Origin: Octopus vulgaris
Lineage: Eukaryota
Length of the DNA stretch: 64,000 nt
Reading direction: 5' to 3'
NCBI GenBank assembly: GCA_951406725.2
Contig: OX597817.1
Location: forward strand, 147,312,001 to 147,376,000
Shown here one piece after another: positions 24,901 to 38,889 of the stretch (positions within the stretch are counted from its first letter, which is position 1; each line of letters opens with the position of its first letter). The notes under the pieces were generated by a model that saw nothing but the letters and a program-made list of their open reading frames with translations, searched no databases and was not told where the DNA came from. Position numbers and translations under genes: made by a program.

Positions 24901-25458
24901 AATACTGAGACACATTTATGGATAGATAAGGTGTCGTTTGTATCTATAGCAACAGATCGCTTTAGCTTTGTCATCTGTGATATGGGATAATGACAATCCA
25001 TAACTATTACTGGAAGCGCAGAAGAGGTGGGGAATGCATAGTGGATGGCTGCTGTCAGATATTATAGGCATATATGAGAAATGGGTGGGGTAGACCGGGA
25101 TGGAGGGTTAAAACTGAGAGAGAGAGACAGACAGAGAGACAGAGACAGAGAGAGTACAACATCGAATGAGAACAATAAAGTGGAAGAACCTTGTGCATGT
25201 ATGTGTTGTACTGTGTCTAGATAAATATATATATATATGTGTGTGTTTGTGTGTGTGTGTATATGTACACACACATGCACACATGTTAGATATGCATGGG
25301 TATATCTGTATATATGTGTAGCTGTGTGCACTTATATTAATCTATATAGGCTTTAAAATACATACGCGCACATACACACATATATATATACACATACATA
25401 TAGATATAAATATACATATATATATATATATATATGCATGTATGTATGTAATATATAT

Positions 25459-25505
<47 letters not shown>

Positions 25506-25696
25506 CATACACACACGCACACAGGTATATTTATTTTAAGTTGTACCTATTTAGTATATAGATGTATGTCTATAGATACATATTTATACGCTCATGCACA
25601 CACACGCGCGCATAAACAAACACACACACACACAAGCACAAACACACACACACACACACAAGCATACAAGCACACACACATATTCTTTTGTTCATT

Positions 25697-25895
25697 TATT
25701 CTTTGTTTCAAGTCATTTAAATGCGGCCATGCTGGAGCAACGCTATTAATCGAACAAATCGGCCCAGGACATAATTTTTTGTAAGCCTAGTACTTATTCT
25801 ATCCGATCACTTTTGCCGAACCGCTAAGTCACGGGGACGTAACATCATGTTATGATGGGAGGACAAACACTCACACACAAGCATATATATATATA
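25697..25895 (-). mobile_element. SINE-A 3' half (5' half at 28140-28232), split by CR1 LINE and pLTR insertions
   Basis: Reverse complement of the SINE-A tail and body, ending in (TA)n at the LINE junction. Confidence 0.8.
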
Positions 25896-27830
25896 CAGGT
25901 ATGCCAAAGAAACAGCTACGGTGCACTGTAGAATAGGGCCACTCCTCGAAAAGGATGGCACACTTACAGGAAAACCAATGAGGGTAAGTGAAATACTGAA
26001 TGAGCAATTCAAGAGTGTTTTCACTCCACCCCTTGGGCATCTCCAAATCACCAATCCAACTGACTTTTTTACCACTGCAGATATAAAATCAGAGGCGGCG
26101 ACGATAGATTACATCGATATAAAGGAAGACGATGTAATCAAGGCTATAGATGAAATGAAAACAGACTCAGCTACTGGCCCCGATGGATTCCCGGCAATCC
26201 TCCTAAAAGCATGTAAGAGAGTCCTAGCAAGACCACTGCAGTTCCTCTTTCAGAGCTTCCTTGCAGCTGGCAAACTTCCAAGAAAACTGAAGGAAGGTAA
26301 AATATGCCCCATTCATAAAGGAGGTAGCAGAGCGGAGGCCAAGAACTACAGACCTATCTCTCTGACCTCACACATCAGCAAGGTCATGGAACGAATAGTC
26401 AGAAAGAAGCTGATCACCTTCCTTGAAGAAAATGACTTGCTGCCCGACACCCAACATGGTTTCCGACCAGGGAGAAGCTGTTTAACTCAGCTCCTACAAC
26501 ACTATGACTGGGTGCTGAAACGGCTGCTCAACCACTCAAATGTGGAAGTCATATATCTCGACTTTGCAAAGGCCTTTGATAAAGTCGATCATGGAATGAT
26601 ATGTCACAAACTGCGTGATCTCAACATAGTTGGAAAACTGGGAGAATGGCTTCATGACTTTCTGAAAGATAGAAGTCAGGTGGTAGTGGCCAATGGGGCC
26701 ACTTCCATTAACACGCAAATAGTGAGCGGTGTTCCGCAGGGCACTGTTCTGGGACCACTACTGTTCATAATGGCCCTCTCAGACATGCCCTCAGCCACGC
26801 AGAGAGCCACGATCACAAGTTATGCAGATGATACAAAAGTTTCACAGGCAATACAGAACCCTGAGGACACTAAACACCTGCAATGTGAGCTAGACAAAAT
26901 ATACAAGTGGGCCGAAAAGAATAGCATGCAGTTCAATGCTGAAAAGTTTCAAGCTCTATACTATCAGCATGCAAAACTAAATGCAATACCCAATGAATAC
27001 ACTGGACCCGGAGGAATAGCAATCCCGGAGGCACAATCAGTGCGTGACCTAGGTATTTACATGAGTGATGACGCGACCTTTCGTGTACATGTTGCTAAAT
27101 TGGCAATGAAATGTAGACGACTGGCCGGATGGATCCTCAGAACCTTTAGAACAAGAGAACAAGAAACCATGATGGTCCTCTGGAGGACACTTGTCCTAAG
27201 CCACTTTGACTACTGCTCTCAGTTATGGTCACCATCCAGTGTCAAGTTGATCACAGAGCTCGAGGCGATCCAACGTAGCTACACGAAGAAGATAGCCTCT
27301 ATGCAGAATGTAAGCTACTGGGAAAGACTCAGGAAATTAAAATTATATTCCCTGGAGCGTAGGCGGGAAAGATATGCCATAATATACATCTGGAAGATCC
27401 TGGAGGGAAGTGTCCTGAACTTTGGCATCGAGAGTTACGCAAATGCCAGAACTGGGCGCCACTGCGTGGTGCCTAGGACTCCAAACTTGCCATCAAGATG
27501 TAGGACAAGATTCTGTGATAGCCTGGGCTTCCGAGGCCCACAGCTCTTCAATATCCTCCCGAAGAACCTGAGAGACCTGCATGGGGTGGATACAGATGTC
27601 TTTAAAATGAAGCTGGATCTCTTCCTGTCAGGTGTCCCAGATGAACCAACTTCACGGCAGGAGGGGCAGATGAGGGCAGCTGCATCGAACTCTCTCATGC
27701 ACCAAATAGCAGCTGCTAGAAAGCCTTCATGAAGTGAAACCAAGTAGCAACACCAAATGGCGGTGCCCCAGCATGGCCACAGCTCATAAGCTGAAACTGG
27801 AAAAATCAAGATCAAATCAAAATCAAAATC
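25896..27830 (+). mobile_element. 5'-truncated CR1-clade LINE, young copy
   Basis: Uninterrupted RT frame, short 3' UTR, terminal (AAATC/AAAATC)n repeats, inserted in (TA)n. Confidence 0.95.
25897..27732 (+). CDS. LINE ORF2 reverse transcriptase (N-terminally truncated; APE endonuclease missing)
   Basis: Motifs GPDG, NYRPISLTS, QHGFRPGRSC, YLDFAKAFDKVDH, GVPQGTVLGPLLF, YADDTK, VRDLG, SLERRRER. The first 15 codons of the tracked ORF come from flanking SINE and microsatellite sequence. Confidence 0.95.
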   Translation, partial: RYAKETATVHCRIGPLLEKDGTLTGKPMRVSEILNEQFKSVFTPPLGHLQITNPTDFFTTADIKSEAATIDYIDIKEDDVIKAIDEMKTDSATGPDGFPAILLKACKRVLARPLQFLFQSFLAAGKLPRKLKEGKICPIHKGGSRAEAKNYRPISLTSHISKVMERIVRKKLITFLEENDLLPDTQHGFRPGRSCLTQLLQHYDWVLKRLLNHSNVEVIYLDFAKAFDKVDHGMICHKLRDLNIVGKLGEWLHDFLKDRSQVVVANGATSINTQIVSGVPQGTVLGPLLFIMALSDMPSATQRATITSYADDTKVSQAIQNPEDTKHLQCELDKIYKWAEKNSMQFNAEKFQALYYQHAKLNAIPNEYTGPGGIAIPEAQSVRDLGIYMSDDATFRVHVAKLAMKCRRLAGWILRTFRTREQETMMVLWRTLVLSHFDYCSQLWSPSSVKLITELEAIQRSYTKKIASMQNVSYWERLRKLKLYSLERRRERYAIIYIWKILEGSVLNFGIESYANARTGRHCVVPRTPNLPSRCRTRFCDSLGFRGPQLFNILPKNLRDLHGVDTDVFKMKLDLFLSGVPDEPTSRQEGQMRAAASNSLMHQIAAARKPS

Positions 27831-27834
27831 ATAT

Positions 27835-28049
27835 ATAGCTTTCAAAATGTGACCTCGTGTGTACCGTTGGCGATTTTTTTTCCTCTGTCTTCCCTTCTCT
27901 GGATCTTTCCGTCTCCTATGTTTCCGACGAAGAGCTCCGCTCGAAACGTTGAACCCTCCTTCTTTCCTTCTTTCCTGAGCGTCCAATAATACTATATTTG
28001 TTCCACGTCCTCGCGTTGTTGTGTTTTTTGTGTGCTGTCTTGTTTGGAT

Positions 28050-28053
<4 letters not shown>
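27835..28053 (+). mobile_element. pLTR-like repeat with hammerhead motif at 27920-27954
   Basis: GTTT-CCGACGA-AGAGC-tcc-GCTC-GAA-ACGT-T-GAAC, followed by long (TA)n. Confidence 0.7.
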
Positions 28054-28137
<84 letters not shown>

Positions 28138-28139
28138 TA

Positions 28140-28232
28140 CATACGACGGGCTTCTTTTAGCTACCGTCTCCTAAATCCATACGCAAGGCTTTGGTTGCCC
28201 CGAGGTTATAGGAGACACTACTTACCACACAG
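28140..28232 (-). mobile_element. SINE-A 5' part (deleted)
   Basis: ACGACGGGCTTCTTT...AAATCCA...AAGGCTTTGGT...CTACTTACCACACAG. Confidence 0.75.
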
Positions 28233-28396
28233 ACATATGTGAATATAATTCTAATATAAGGATAATATTTTTCAAAATAATTTCGTCAGAAGTCAGCATA
28301 TGAAAAATAATTTTTAAGGTGAAAATTGTAAATACAATTAGAAATAAGGGCAAATGAAAAAAAAAAATCTTTGCGAATATGTTTCATTTTCAGCAT

Positions 28397-29219
<823 letters not shown>

Positions 29220-29268
29220 ATTGGCAAATATTTTTTTTTTCTTTTGCCCTTATTTATAATTGTATATA

Positions 29269-29312
<44 letters not shown>

Positions 29313-29556
29313 GAGAGAAAGTGAGATTAGCAGACCCATAGACAGAAAAAAAAAGAATGACAAGAGAGATAAAATGAGAAAGGCAGATGGGTGTGACTGT
29401 TGTGTTCAAATAATTGGGGTTTACTTCTGCAGAAGACAGGAAAGCATTAGCGAAAACGAAGCAGCAAGGAACGGAAAGAGGCAAGCAAGAGAATTATGTA
29501 TCAGAAAGGCGGAGGAGGTAATAGATATAAAGAAACAAGTAAAGGAGAAGAAAAAC

Positions 29557-29591
<35 letters not shown>

Positions 29592-29937
29592 GTGAGAGAA
29601 AAGAGGAAGCTTATATGATTCAAATGATATTCGCAGTGAAAGAGATCGATTGATAGATGTATAGTAATATTATACAGAGGCAGGAATACATGGTAAATGA
29701 ATAGTTTGACGAATGGAGAGAAATATAGTTTAATTGATGGTTAGAAAAAACTAATATAGATTGAAAGAGGGAGAAAGTGTTATTAAAGGATAGTTGAGTG
29801 ATATACGACGATGCTTCTAGGAAAGGTGATCAAAACTGAGTGTTTCCCCACATACTCTGAAGTTCGAATAAATCACAATGGAAGAAGAAATATGAACAAA
29901 GGCAAAGGGTGTACAGCTGTGCTGAGTTCCACGACTA

Positions 29938-30087
29938 GCTGTGTTGTAAGTAGTCTGCTTACGAATCACATGGTTCTGGGTTCAGTCCCACTGCGTGGCA
30001 CCTTGGGCAAGTGTTTTCTTCTATAGCCTCGGGCCGACCAAAATTTGTGAGTGGATTTGGTAGACGGAAACTGAAAGAAGCCTGTCG

Positions 30088-30156
<69 letters not shown>

Positions 30157-30200
30157 GTGTTTGTCCTCCCACCATAGCTTGACAACTGATGTTGGTGTGT
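29938..30200 (+). mobile_element. SINE-A, 3'-truncated
   Basis: Head, CORE-like segment and microsatellite present; tail absent. Confidence 0.85.
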
Positions 30201-30573
30201 TGCTGCTGCTGCTACTACTATTACTAACAATACCACACCACATCTAACAACAATTCTGTTTATAAGGCTATTTACCGAACTGTTAATTTACGGTGAGGTA
30301 AACAAAGCATTACCGGTTGTCAAGCGGTGTGGGGAGACATACAGAGCCACACAGATACACACATAGATACAGTTACGAAGAGTTTCTACACAGTTTCTGT
30401 CAACGAAAGGGAGTCAAAATGCAATGGTCGGCCCGGGCTTCTAGAGGAAGACACTGATCTAAGGTACCACGCTGTAAATTCGAACCCAAACAGCGTACGT
30501 ACAAATTTAGCTTCTTAAGTACACAACCATGCATCCTTTACTTTTGTCAGAACAGTATTAATTTTATGTATCA

Positions 30574-30935
30574 CTAGCAGTATCGCCCGGCGTTGCTCGG
30601 GTTTGTTTCGACCCTTTAGAATTGGAATTTTTGAAAAGTAAAAATTTTGCATTATGTAGCTTGTTATTCTCTTTAAATGAACATTTTTCTCGTTGCGATA
30701 CACCGAAAAATGGCGACACAGCAGTCAAAAAATCGTAAAAAATAGGGGTTTCATAGAAAAAAGCACCTTTTTCATGTAAATAATTTTTTCTACTAAGGAA
30801 GGAAGAGCAAGCCTTCTTCTATCAGAGTTTCAATTTTGGTCAACTTGCGCCGCAGGGTCTCGGAGGATAATAGTGTTAGTTGAAGGCTACCAAACCTGTC
30901 ATACACAGACAACTTCAGCTTTATATATAGAGAGA
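30574..30935 (-). mobile_element. Non-autonomous Helitron (362 bp)
   Basis: Minus strand: A|TCTCTCTATATATAAAGCTGAAG ... CCCGAGCAACGCCGGG hairpin, then CGATACTG-CTAG|T. This gives 5' TC, a subterminal hairpin, 3' CTAG, an A/T target and no TSD. Confidence 0.88.
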
Positions 30936-31258
30936 TTTATTATTCTGGGAAGCAAGTATTTACTTAAACGAAGGAATTGTGTATGAATATATTTGTCCAT
31001 ATGCTATTTGTCAATGTCTAAACATATACTGCATTGATCAATCAAACATTTACAAATCATTGTTAACGACTGTCTATGCATTTTCCCAGTGTTGCACCCG
31101 ACACGCCTTGTCTAGATCAACTCAGTTAGAGGAGAATTAGAAATTGACAAAGAGGTCTTATGTAATATTCGGATAACTGTTTCAGAGAAATAGCAGAAAC
31201 AAAATCTTACAGAAGAAGCAAAATGTTGGTGGTCATTGTTGCGATGGTAACCAACTTG

Positions 31259-31700
31259 AAATCATCATCATCATTGTTTGATCGTGGTCGAGACAATGGA
31301 ATTTACTATGTTACTCCAGACTTCACGGTCTATCATAGCATTACGGAGATCCTGTTGCTTGATGCCTGTATCCTAGGAGATTACATCAGGTTAGGAGAGT
31401 GTGCGCCCTCTGGTATCGCGAGCAGATGGCTTCCAGAGGAGAAGAGTAGAAATCACATCGTTTTCAGCTCTACAACAATGTCCAGCAAACATAAAAGAGC
31501 AGGCATAAAATCTCGCATGTCGCTCACAGGATTTCAGACAGTGTCTTTAGTCTTTTTGTGATAAGAGTGTTTCATTTGACGGCTATTTGACGACACCTTC
31601 TTTTAAGCTGAGTAAATGCGTTGAGTTATTCTTTTCGTCCATATGCAAGCGGTTGGTTGTGGCAAGTGAAAGCTTGCAAGATCAATGTCATACGAAATCT
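31259..31700 (-). mobile_element. RTE-clade LINE 3' fragment with (GAT)n tail
   Basis: Minus strand gives FAGHCCRAENDVISTLLLWKPSARDTRGRTLS*PDVIS*DTGIKQQDLRNAMIDREVWSNIVNSIVST followed by (TGA)n. Confidence 0.8.
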
Positions 31701-32614
31701 AAGATATATTTAGTTTGATAAAAAAAGATAGTGAAAGAAAACAAACGTAACCAGCTGTCAGTTTATATCTAAGATGTGAAATACTAAATAGATATAAGGC
31801 CGGATGGAATCAACCTCAAACATGATTGTTAGCGACATAACTTTAATATAAAGTAAAGCAGCTTGCTATCAATAAAAAATCGGGAAATATGTACAGAACA
31901 TTTATAAAAGAAAAATAGGAATGAGCAAAAGAAACTTTATTACAGCGTAGTTTGTGATTCTGTTAATACACTGAAACGCACATACACGTACACACGCGTA
32001 CACCTACACGTGAACACATAACATTCCAACTAATCTAACTCGAACAATAATACCACAAATTGCTCTCGATAAAACAGTGAGCAATGCTTCAGAATTATGG
32101 TATTATTCCACACAATAAAAAGGGAAAAAAGTTAAACTGCACTAAAAAGTCAGATCTAACAAACACGTGAAAATATTTTGTTTAACAGTAGGGCAGGACT
32201 TAACTCCCAACTTGCTTTGTCGATCAGCTTCAGCAAATGAGACAGCAATCGTTTGCACGGTACAATTTAGTAAGCAAAACCCAATTTTTGATTGGTCCCT
32301 GTTTCGAACAAATCGAAATATGAACAAAATGAACGAAAAAATCTGTTTGGAATGGTTAATCTCGTTGTTAAGGTAAAAAAATATCTGCAGAAAACGGTGT
32401 ATTAAAAACAAAACTGATATAACAGTATTTGATATATGATTTAGGCATTTAGGTATTGAATAGAAAACATTCTGGTCGATCTATCATGAAACTTAAAGCT
32501 ACAAACCTCAACAAATAGTGAAATATTTGCAGGTTTGACACGAAGCGAGATAACATTGTTGTTTGGCATTGGTGGGGCTTGTGGCGAGGAAAAGGAAGCA
32601 AAAATTAAAAAAAA

Positions 32615-33005
32615 TAGCTTGCTTACCAACCACATAGTCCGGTGTTCAGTCCCACTGCGTGGCACCTTGGGCAAGTATCTTCTACGATAGCCTTCGGCCA
32701 ACAAAAGCCTTCTGAGTGGATTTGGTAGACGGAAACCGAAAGAATCCCGTCGCATATATGTATATATATATATATGCATGTGTGTGTATATGTTTGTGTG
32801 TCTGTATATCTCCCCAACATCACTTGACACCGATGCTGATGTGTTTACGTCCCCGTAACTTATCGGTTCGGCAAAAGAGACCGATAGAATACGTACTAGG
32901 CTTACAAAGAATAAGTTCTGGGGTTGATTTGCTCGACTTCGACTAAAGACGGTGCTCCAGCATGGTCACAGTCAAATGACTGAAACAAGTAAAGGAGAGA
33001 AAGGA
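32615..33005 (+). mobile_element. SINE-A, 5' end slightly truncated
   Basis: Homology to 10548-11037. Confidence 0.9.
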
Positions 33006-33452
33006 GTAAGGAGATTCATGTGTTACTCCTAAACTGAAGACCCAGATCTTTATGCTGCTATTCAGTGGATTTCAGCAAAGTTACTTTACAGGGTAGGTTG
33101 TGCTTTTAAACAGTGTGCAGGTTAAGTTTACCACACAAATAGCAAGTGTAGAATTCCGACGATCCTCCACGAATTATTCATCCGTCCATATTTACTCACA
33201 AGACCTGCTTTAAAACAAATCTGAGAAAAATGTAGAGAGAAAAATGAAGAAGAAAAGTAGAGAAGCAGCGGCTGGAAAAATATGTACACATGTAAAGAAT
33301 GAAAAAACAAAAGTGGAAGGAGACAAAGAAATGCATCTAAAGTTTGGTAGATTCGTGCAAAGATATGAATAAATGCTTTCTAACTGAACAGTAAATATAG
33401 AGAGTGAAGTTTTAGAAATTATCATTGCTTAATATATTAATATTTGCTGTTG

Positions 33453-33677
33453 GTAAGCGGTGAGCTGGCCGAATCGTTAGCCGTATTTCGTCTGCCGTTA
33501 CGTTCTGAGTTCAAATTCCGTTGAGGTCGACTTTGCCGTTCATCCTTTCGGGGTCGATAAATTAAGTACCATTTACGCACTGGGGTAAATATAATCGACT
33601 TAATCCGTTTGTCTGTCCTTGTTTGTCCTCTCTGTGTTTAGCCCCTTGTGGGTAGTAAAGGAATAGGTATTTCGTCA
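33453..33677 (+). mobile_element. SINE-B with start of a second unit
   Basis: Ends ...GTAAAGGAATAG|GTATTTCGTC, the same junction as in the 18-kb array. Confidence 0.88.
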
Positions 33678-34179
33678 GTGGTCAATGTTGTATATATTGA
33701 GTAAAGAATATTAATACGAACGACAGTTATGCAATTCCTGGAATTTAAGAATATGAATGGGAATCTTGAACTTGTTTGAAATAAGAAATACTGTATAAAA
33801 CGGAGTAAAATTCTAGTAACCATCAAACGACATAAAATCTCATTTTCTTTCCCTTCGATTGAGTATTTAATTTCATAACATCAATATTTATCAAGAAAAG
33901 AGAATTGTTCTTGTGGTAGGAGAAATCCACAGGTGTATCATCAGTGCAAGATTCGCCTAAAATGGATTGAAATTAATAAACTTAATGAAAGAACATGATC
34001 ATTGAACATTGAAGGGTTTTGATAGAAATATTCATTCTGTTTTGCTTGACATATTTGTCCTATTACAAGTTTGCAATAACGAATCAATTAGAAATTTGTT
34101 ATTAAAAATATTGATTTTTTTATAAAATATTTTCATTTAAAACAATATATTTCTTTCACCATTTTCCTTTCAATTATAT

Positions 34180-34260
34180 TTCTTTCCCCATTTTTCTTTC
34201 GGTTCTATTCCCCCATTCTTCTTTCGGTTATAATTCCCCATTCTTCTTTCGGTTATAATA
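34180..34260. repeat. Short ~25-bp minisatellite (CCCCATTCTTCTTTCGGTTATAATT)-like, about 3 copies
   Basis: Direct inspection. Confidence 0.8.
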
Positions 34261-36217
34261 CATTTATTACCTTGAAACAAATCTTATCACTGAAACCTCC
34301 ATTATATTTTTTTTAAAAATTCCTTTTCCTTGTTTCAATCATGTTTTTCTACTTTTTAGTTTTATTTTCATTTCCAAACTTTTTTTCAGCAAAAACTGCT
34401 TCATAAAAATGTGATTTTCTCTTAGGATTTATACTTAATATTCATTTCACTGATTTTACTAATGTCAAGTTTGATTAAAAACTTATCCTTTACAACGATT
34501 TCGACGGACATGTTGTTTTTGTTTGTTTATTGTCTTTCGAACTTTTCTTCTCCGCATTATCAACCACAGGAGAAAAGTAAATTAGCGAAGAAAATCTTAA
34601 TTTTAACAGTTAAAGTGGAAAACGCCTAAGTAAATAACGGTTGCAAGATAACCGAATGTTTGAATAACCATACATTTTTAGTGTATTTTGTTTTTAAAAT
34701 AAGCAAGCTTTTAAGATTTTAGAAAAACATTGATTTTTTTTTCCTTCTCATATATTGATTCTCTTTTAAATACTGTTTCTAATATATTGCCTGATTGATT
34801 TTTAAGAGATTCGTGTTTATTTTAGCTTGTTGGTACGGAAGCTATACGGATATCAGACATGGGAATAAAAACGTGATTTTCTTGCGAAAATTACTGATGC
34901 GATTTATGATCTCTTAAATGTGAAAGTTACTCAGAATCTAAGATTCGAAATTACAATTGAGAGTCCAGCAGTCCATGAAAATCTCACTTACTCTGACCTG
35001 TTGACTCTTGGGAAAGTTCTCAGTTATTGTGATAAGTGAATTTGGAGAGAACTGACGAAAAAGTTTCTCTTATAACTAAAGAAACATGGAGTAAAAGAAT
35101 ATATATTACATACCCAGAGATTTAGGTGAAGTGAAACGAGAAACTGTGTCTCTTATACCGTTTGCAACATCATCGAGGAAATATAATTAACTGTTGGAAA
35201 TGGTACTGAACACTGTAACATTAATCCTTTTACCAAAGTGTATAAAGGAATATGGAGCAAAACAAGGAGTTCGACCTGATAGAAAAAGCAATCAAATCCT
35301 CTGTTCGTCAACATCCTAACTTCTTAAAAACAGTACACTTTGCATAATGTTCTTCTGGGTACACTAAAAACGCTATGATCATGGTAAGAAGGCTTTTATT
35401 CAGTGGTCAGCTCAAGTAATTGTGAACTGAAAAAAGCAAAAACGAAACACACACAGCAGTATAACAGTAACGAGACGGTGGTCGACAAGTGTTTTGTCCC
35501 TTAGGTGGTATGTTTGTGCAAATGAACGAGGACTGAATTAACCTTTACCTTTAAAAACGTTCCAATCGTGGTCCCTTGTCAACTGTAAATACTTCCAGCT
35601 GGTCTTAACTGCTATGGCTACATTCCTAGTAGTTTTCTAGTCTTTCAGTTTTCAAACCAATCTTCTTTAAGAAATAATGCACTGATCTTACTGGAAATTG
35701 TGACAGCCAACTTCCGTAGGAAATATTTCCCGTCATCCGTTCACAAGAGCCTCATCAGCCTGGTATTTGGGTTCATTCATTTAGTGAAAGACGTCAAGTT
35801 GGTTCTATCAAGGGTACTGTCAGTTCAGTTACAATCATCGTCCTGGACAGAAGAACCATGTCTAATAGGAGCGATGTTGCCCTCACCCCTTCTGGAAAGG
35901 TGAACCTTATCTTTAGATCCAATTATATTTCCGAACTTAATGCAAAATATATGTCCTAGAAATCGCATTTCGCCTTTGATCTTATATTTTCTTAGTCTGT
36001 TCTCCATCCGAGGTGATACCTATGGCTGTTGTTCAGAACATTTCTGCAGTTCATCTATGTAGCAATTTCCTAGAGCATCGTATCTCCCTTCCACATGTAT
36101 TGGTCTCTTCTCAGGGTTCTGAAATATCCGGTCAAAATATGAATTAGGGTGCAACGAAGTGCTCTTTATGATTTACAAAATGAATCTTCTTCAGAATGAA
36201 TATATATATATATATCG

Positions 36218-36538
36218 TGTCACTCTGTCGGTTACAACGACGAAGGTTCCAGTTGATCCGATCAACGGAACAGTTTGCTCGAGACATTAACGTGCAAGTG
36301 GCTCAGCACTCCACAGACACGTGTACAGGGAGATTCAGCGTGACACAGTGTATGACAAGGCTGGTCCTTTGAAATACAGGTACAACAGAAGCAGGAAGAA
36401 AGAGTGAGAGAAAGTTGTGACGAAAGAGTTCAACAGGAGCCTCGTGCAGCTTTAGGTGTTTTTGCTCAATAATCAATCACTCACCGCGATCTCACGACTG
36501 CGTGTCCGCTGCACTAACCATTGGGCCATTGCGTCTCC
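36218..36538 (-). mobile_element. SINE-C with internal deletions; an opposite-strand 3' fragment follows at 36651-36825
   Basis: Homology to 48827-49213. Confidence 0.85.
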
Positions 36539-36571
<33 letters not shown>

Positions 36572-36856
36572 CATTCATATGTATATATACATGTGTGTTG
36601 TGTGCGTGTTTATTTCATGCTGCTCCAGACCACTCAGCTGGCAAAAATGAATTGTACCTGTATTTCAAAGGGCCAGCTTTGTCACACTCTGTGTCACGCT
36701 GAATCTCCCTCAGAACTATGTTAGGGTTACACGTGTCTGTGGATTGCTCAGCCACTTGCATGTTAATTTCACGAAGAAGCTATTCCGTTGATCGTATCAG
36801 GTGGGACCCTCGTCGTCGCAGTGCTCCTGTGTGTGTATGTGTGTGTGTATGTGTGT

Positions 36857-36893
<37 letters not shown>

Positions 36894-37722
36894 AAATTAT
36901 GCATGTATGTATATATTAAATATCCACATGTCCATACACGCACAAAATGTCACTTCATCTCGAAAAACATTCATTTCTAATATTTAAAAAAAATGCTATA
37001 TATATCGACCTGTTTTTCAATTGGTAAGTTAAACGTATACATTTGCCTGTGTATATATGTGTATATATATATACATATATATATACACATATATATATAT
37101 ATATGTATGTATATATATGTATATATGCATATATATGTATATATATATATATGTATATATGCCTATATATATATATCTTCATTAAAACTATTATAAATAT
37201 ATAAATACACACACACACACATATCTACATATTTGTACTTTGTACATAGTTTGTACATATACAGAGATATTTATATGTACATATATATATATATATATAT
37301 ATAAATCCACAAACACAGGCACGCACATAATATGCACTCTAAATATAGAGATGTATAGTTACAGCATACACGCACATATATATGTATGTATTCATACGCG
37401 TGTGTGTATGAGTGTGCAAGCGTTAATGTGTGTGTGTGCTGTTATCAATATATGTATGTGTCTCTGTATGTATGTATGTATGTATGTATGTATGTATGTA
37501 TGTATGTATGTATGTATGTATGTATGTATGTATAGGGCTTTCCATGCGTTGCAGTAACTGAGCTGATATGAACGATTGCCGTGTAAACAAACATGAATAT
37601 CCGGTCATTAAATGAAGGCATACTATCAAAGTTCCCGTATCTTAAGGGGTTTGATCGATGCTATTAAGATTGTCTACTCCAAACATTATCAGAAGTAGAT
37701 CAACAACAACAATAACATCGGC

Positions 37723-37766
<44 letters not shown>

Positions 37767-38111
37767 GTCAGAGCATCTGATACATGTAGCAGTCAAAATG
37801 AGAGCAATAACAATTAAAAAGAGTGCAACTACTACAGCAATAACTGCAGTTGCAACCTCGGTAAGTAATACGAACAGCCAGAATATCAAACACAGCTGCA
37901 GGCAGCAATTAGAAAACAAACAAGGTTTTTTAATAAGAAATGCGTCGTGGAAATAACCGGCGACCTCAACAGCATTGATAACGACAGTAATACCAGAAAA
38001 TGCTATTAAAAACGTAAAGCATTGGCTACTATCAAACTGACCGTTTTAAAGATTGCAGCAACTGCAGCAAGGGCAGCAGCAAAACCAACAGCGACTGCAA
38101 CGGCAGTAGGA

Positions 38112-38830
<719 letters not shown>

Positions 38831-38889
38831 TGCATGCATGCATACATACACACCCGTGTGCGTGTGCGTGTGTTTGTGTGAACTTCATC

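Noticed and set aside
29374-29595. 73-aa ORF conserved in the duplicate at 22409-22645
   Set aside because: The conservation is explained by a recent local duplication; the ORF ends in a (GA)n repeat and has no recognisable domain.
35480-36170. Possible LINE RT fossil (MRFLGHI on the minus strand); similar faint R4-like traces at 14800-15250
   Set aside because: Too degenerate to assign or delimit by eye; needs a profile-HMM or tBLASTn search.
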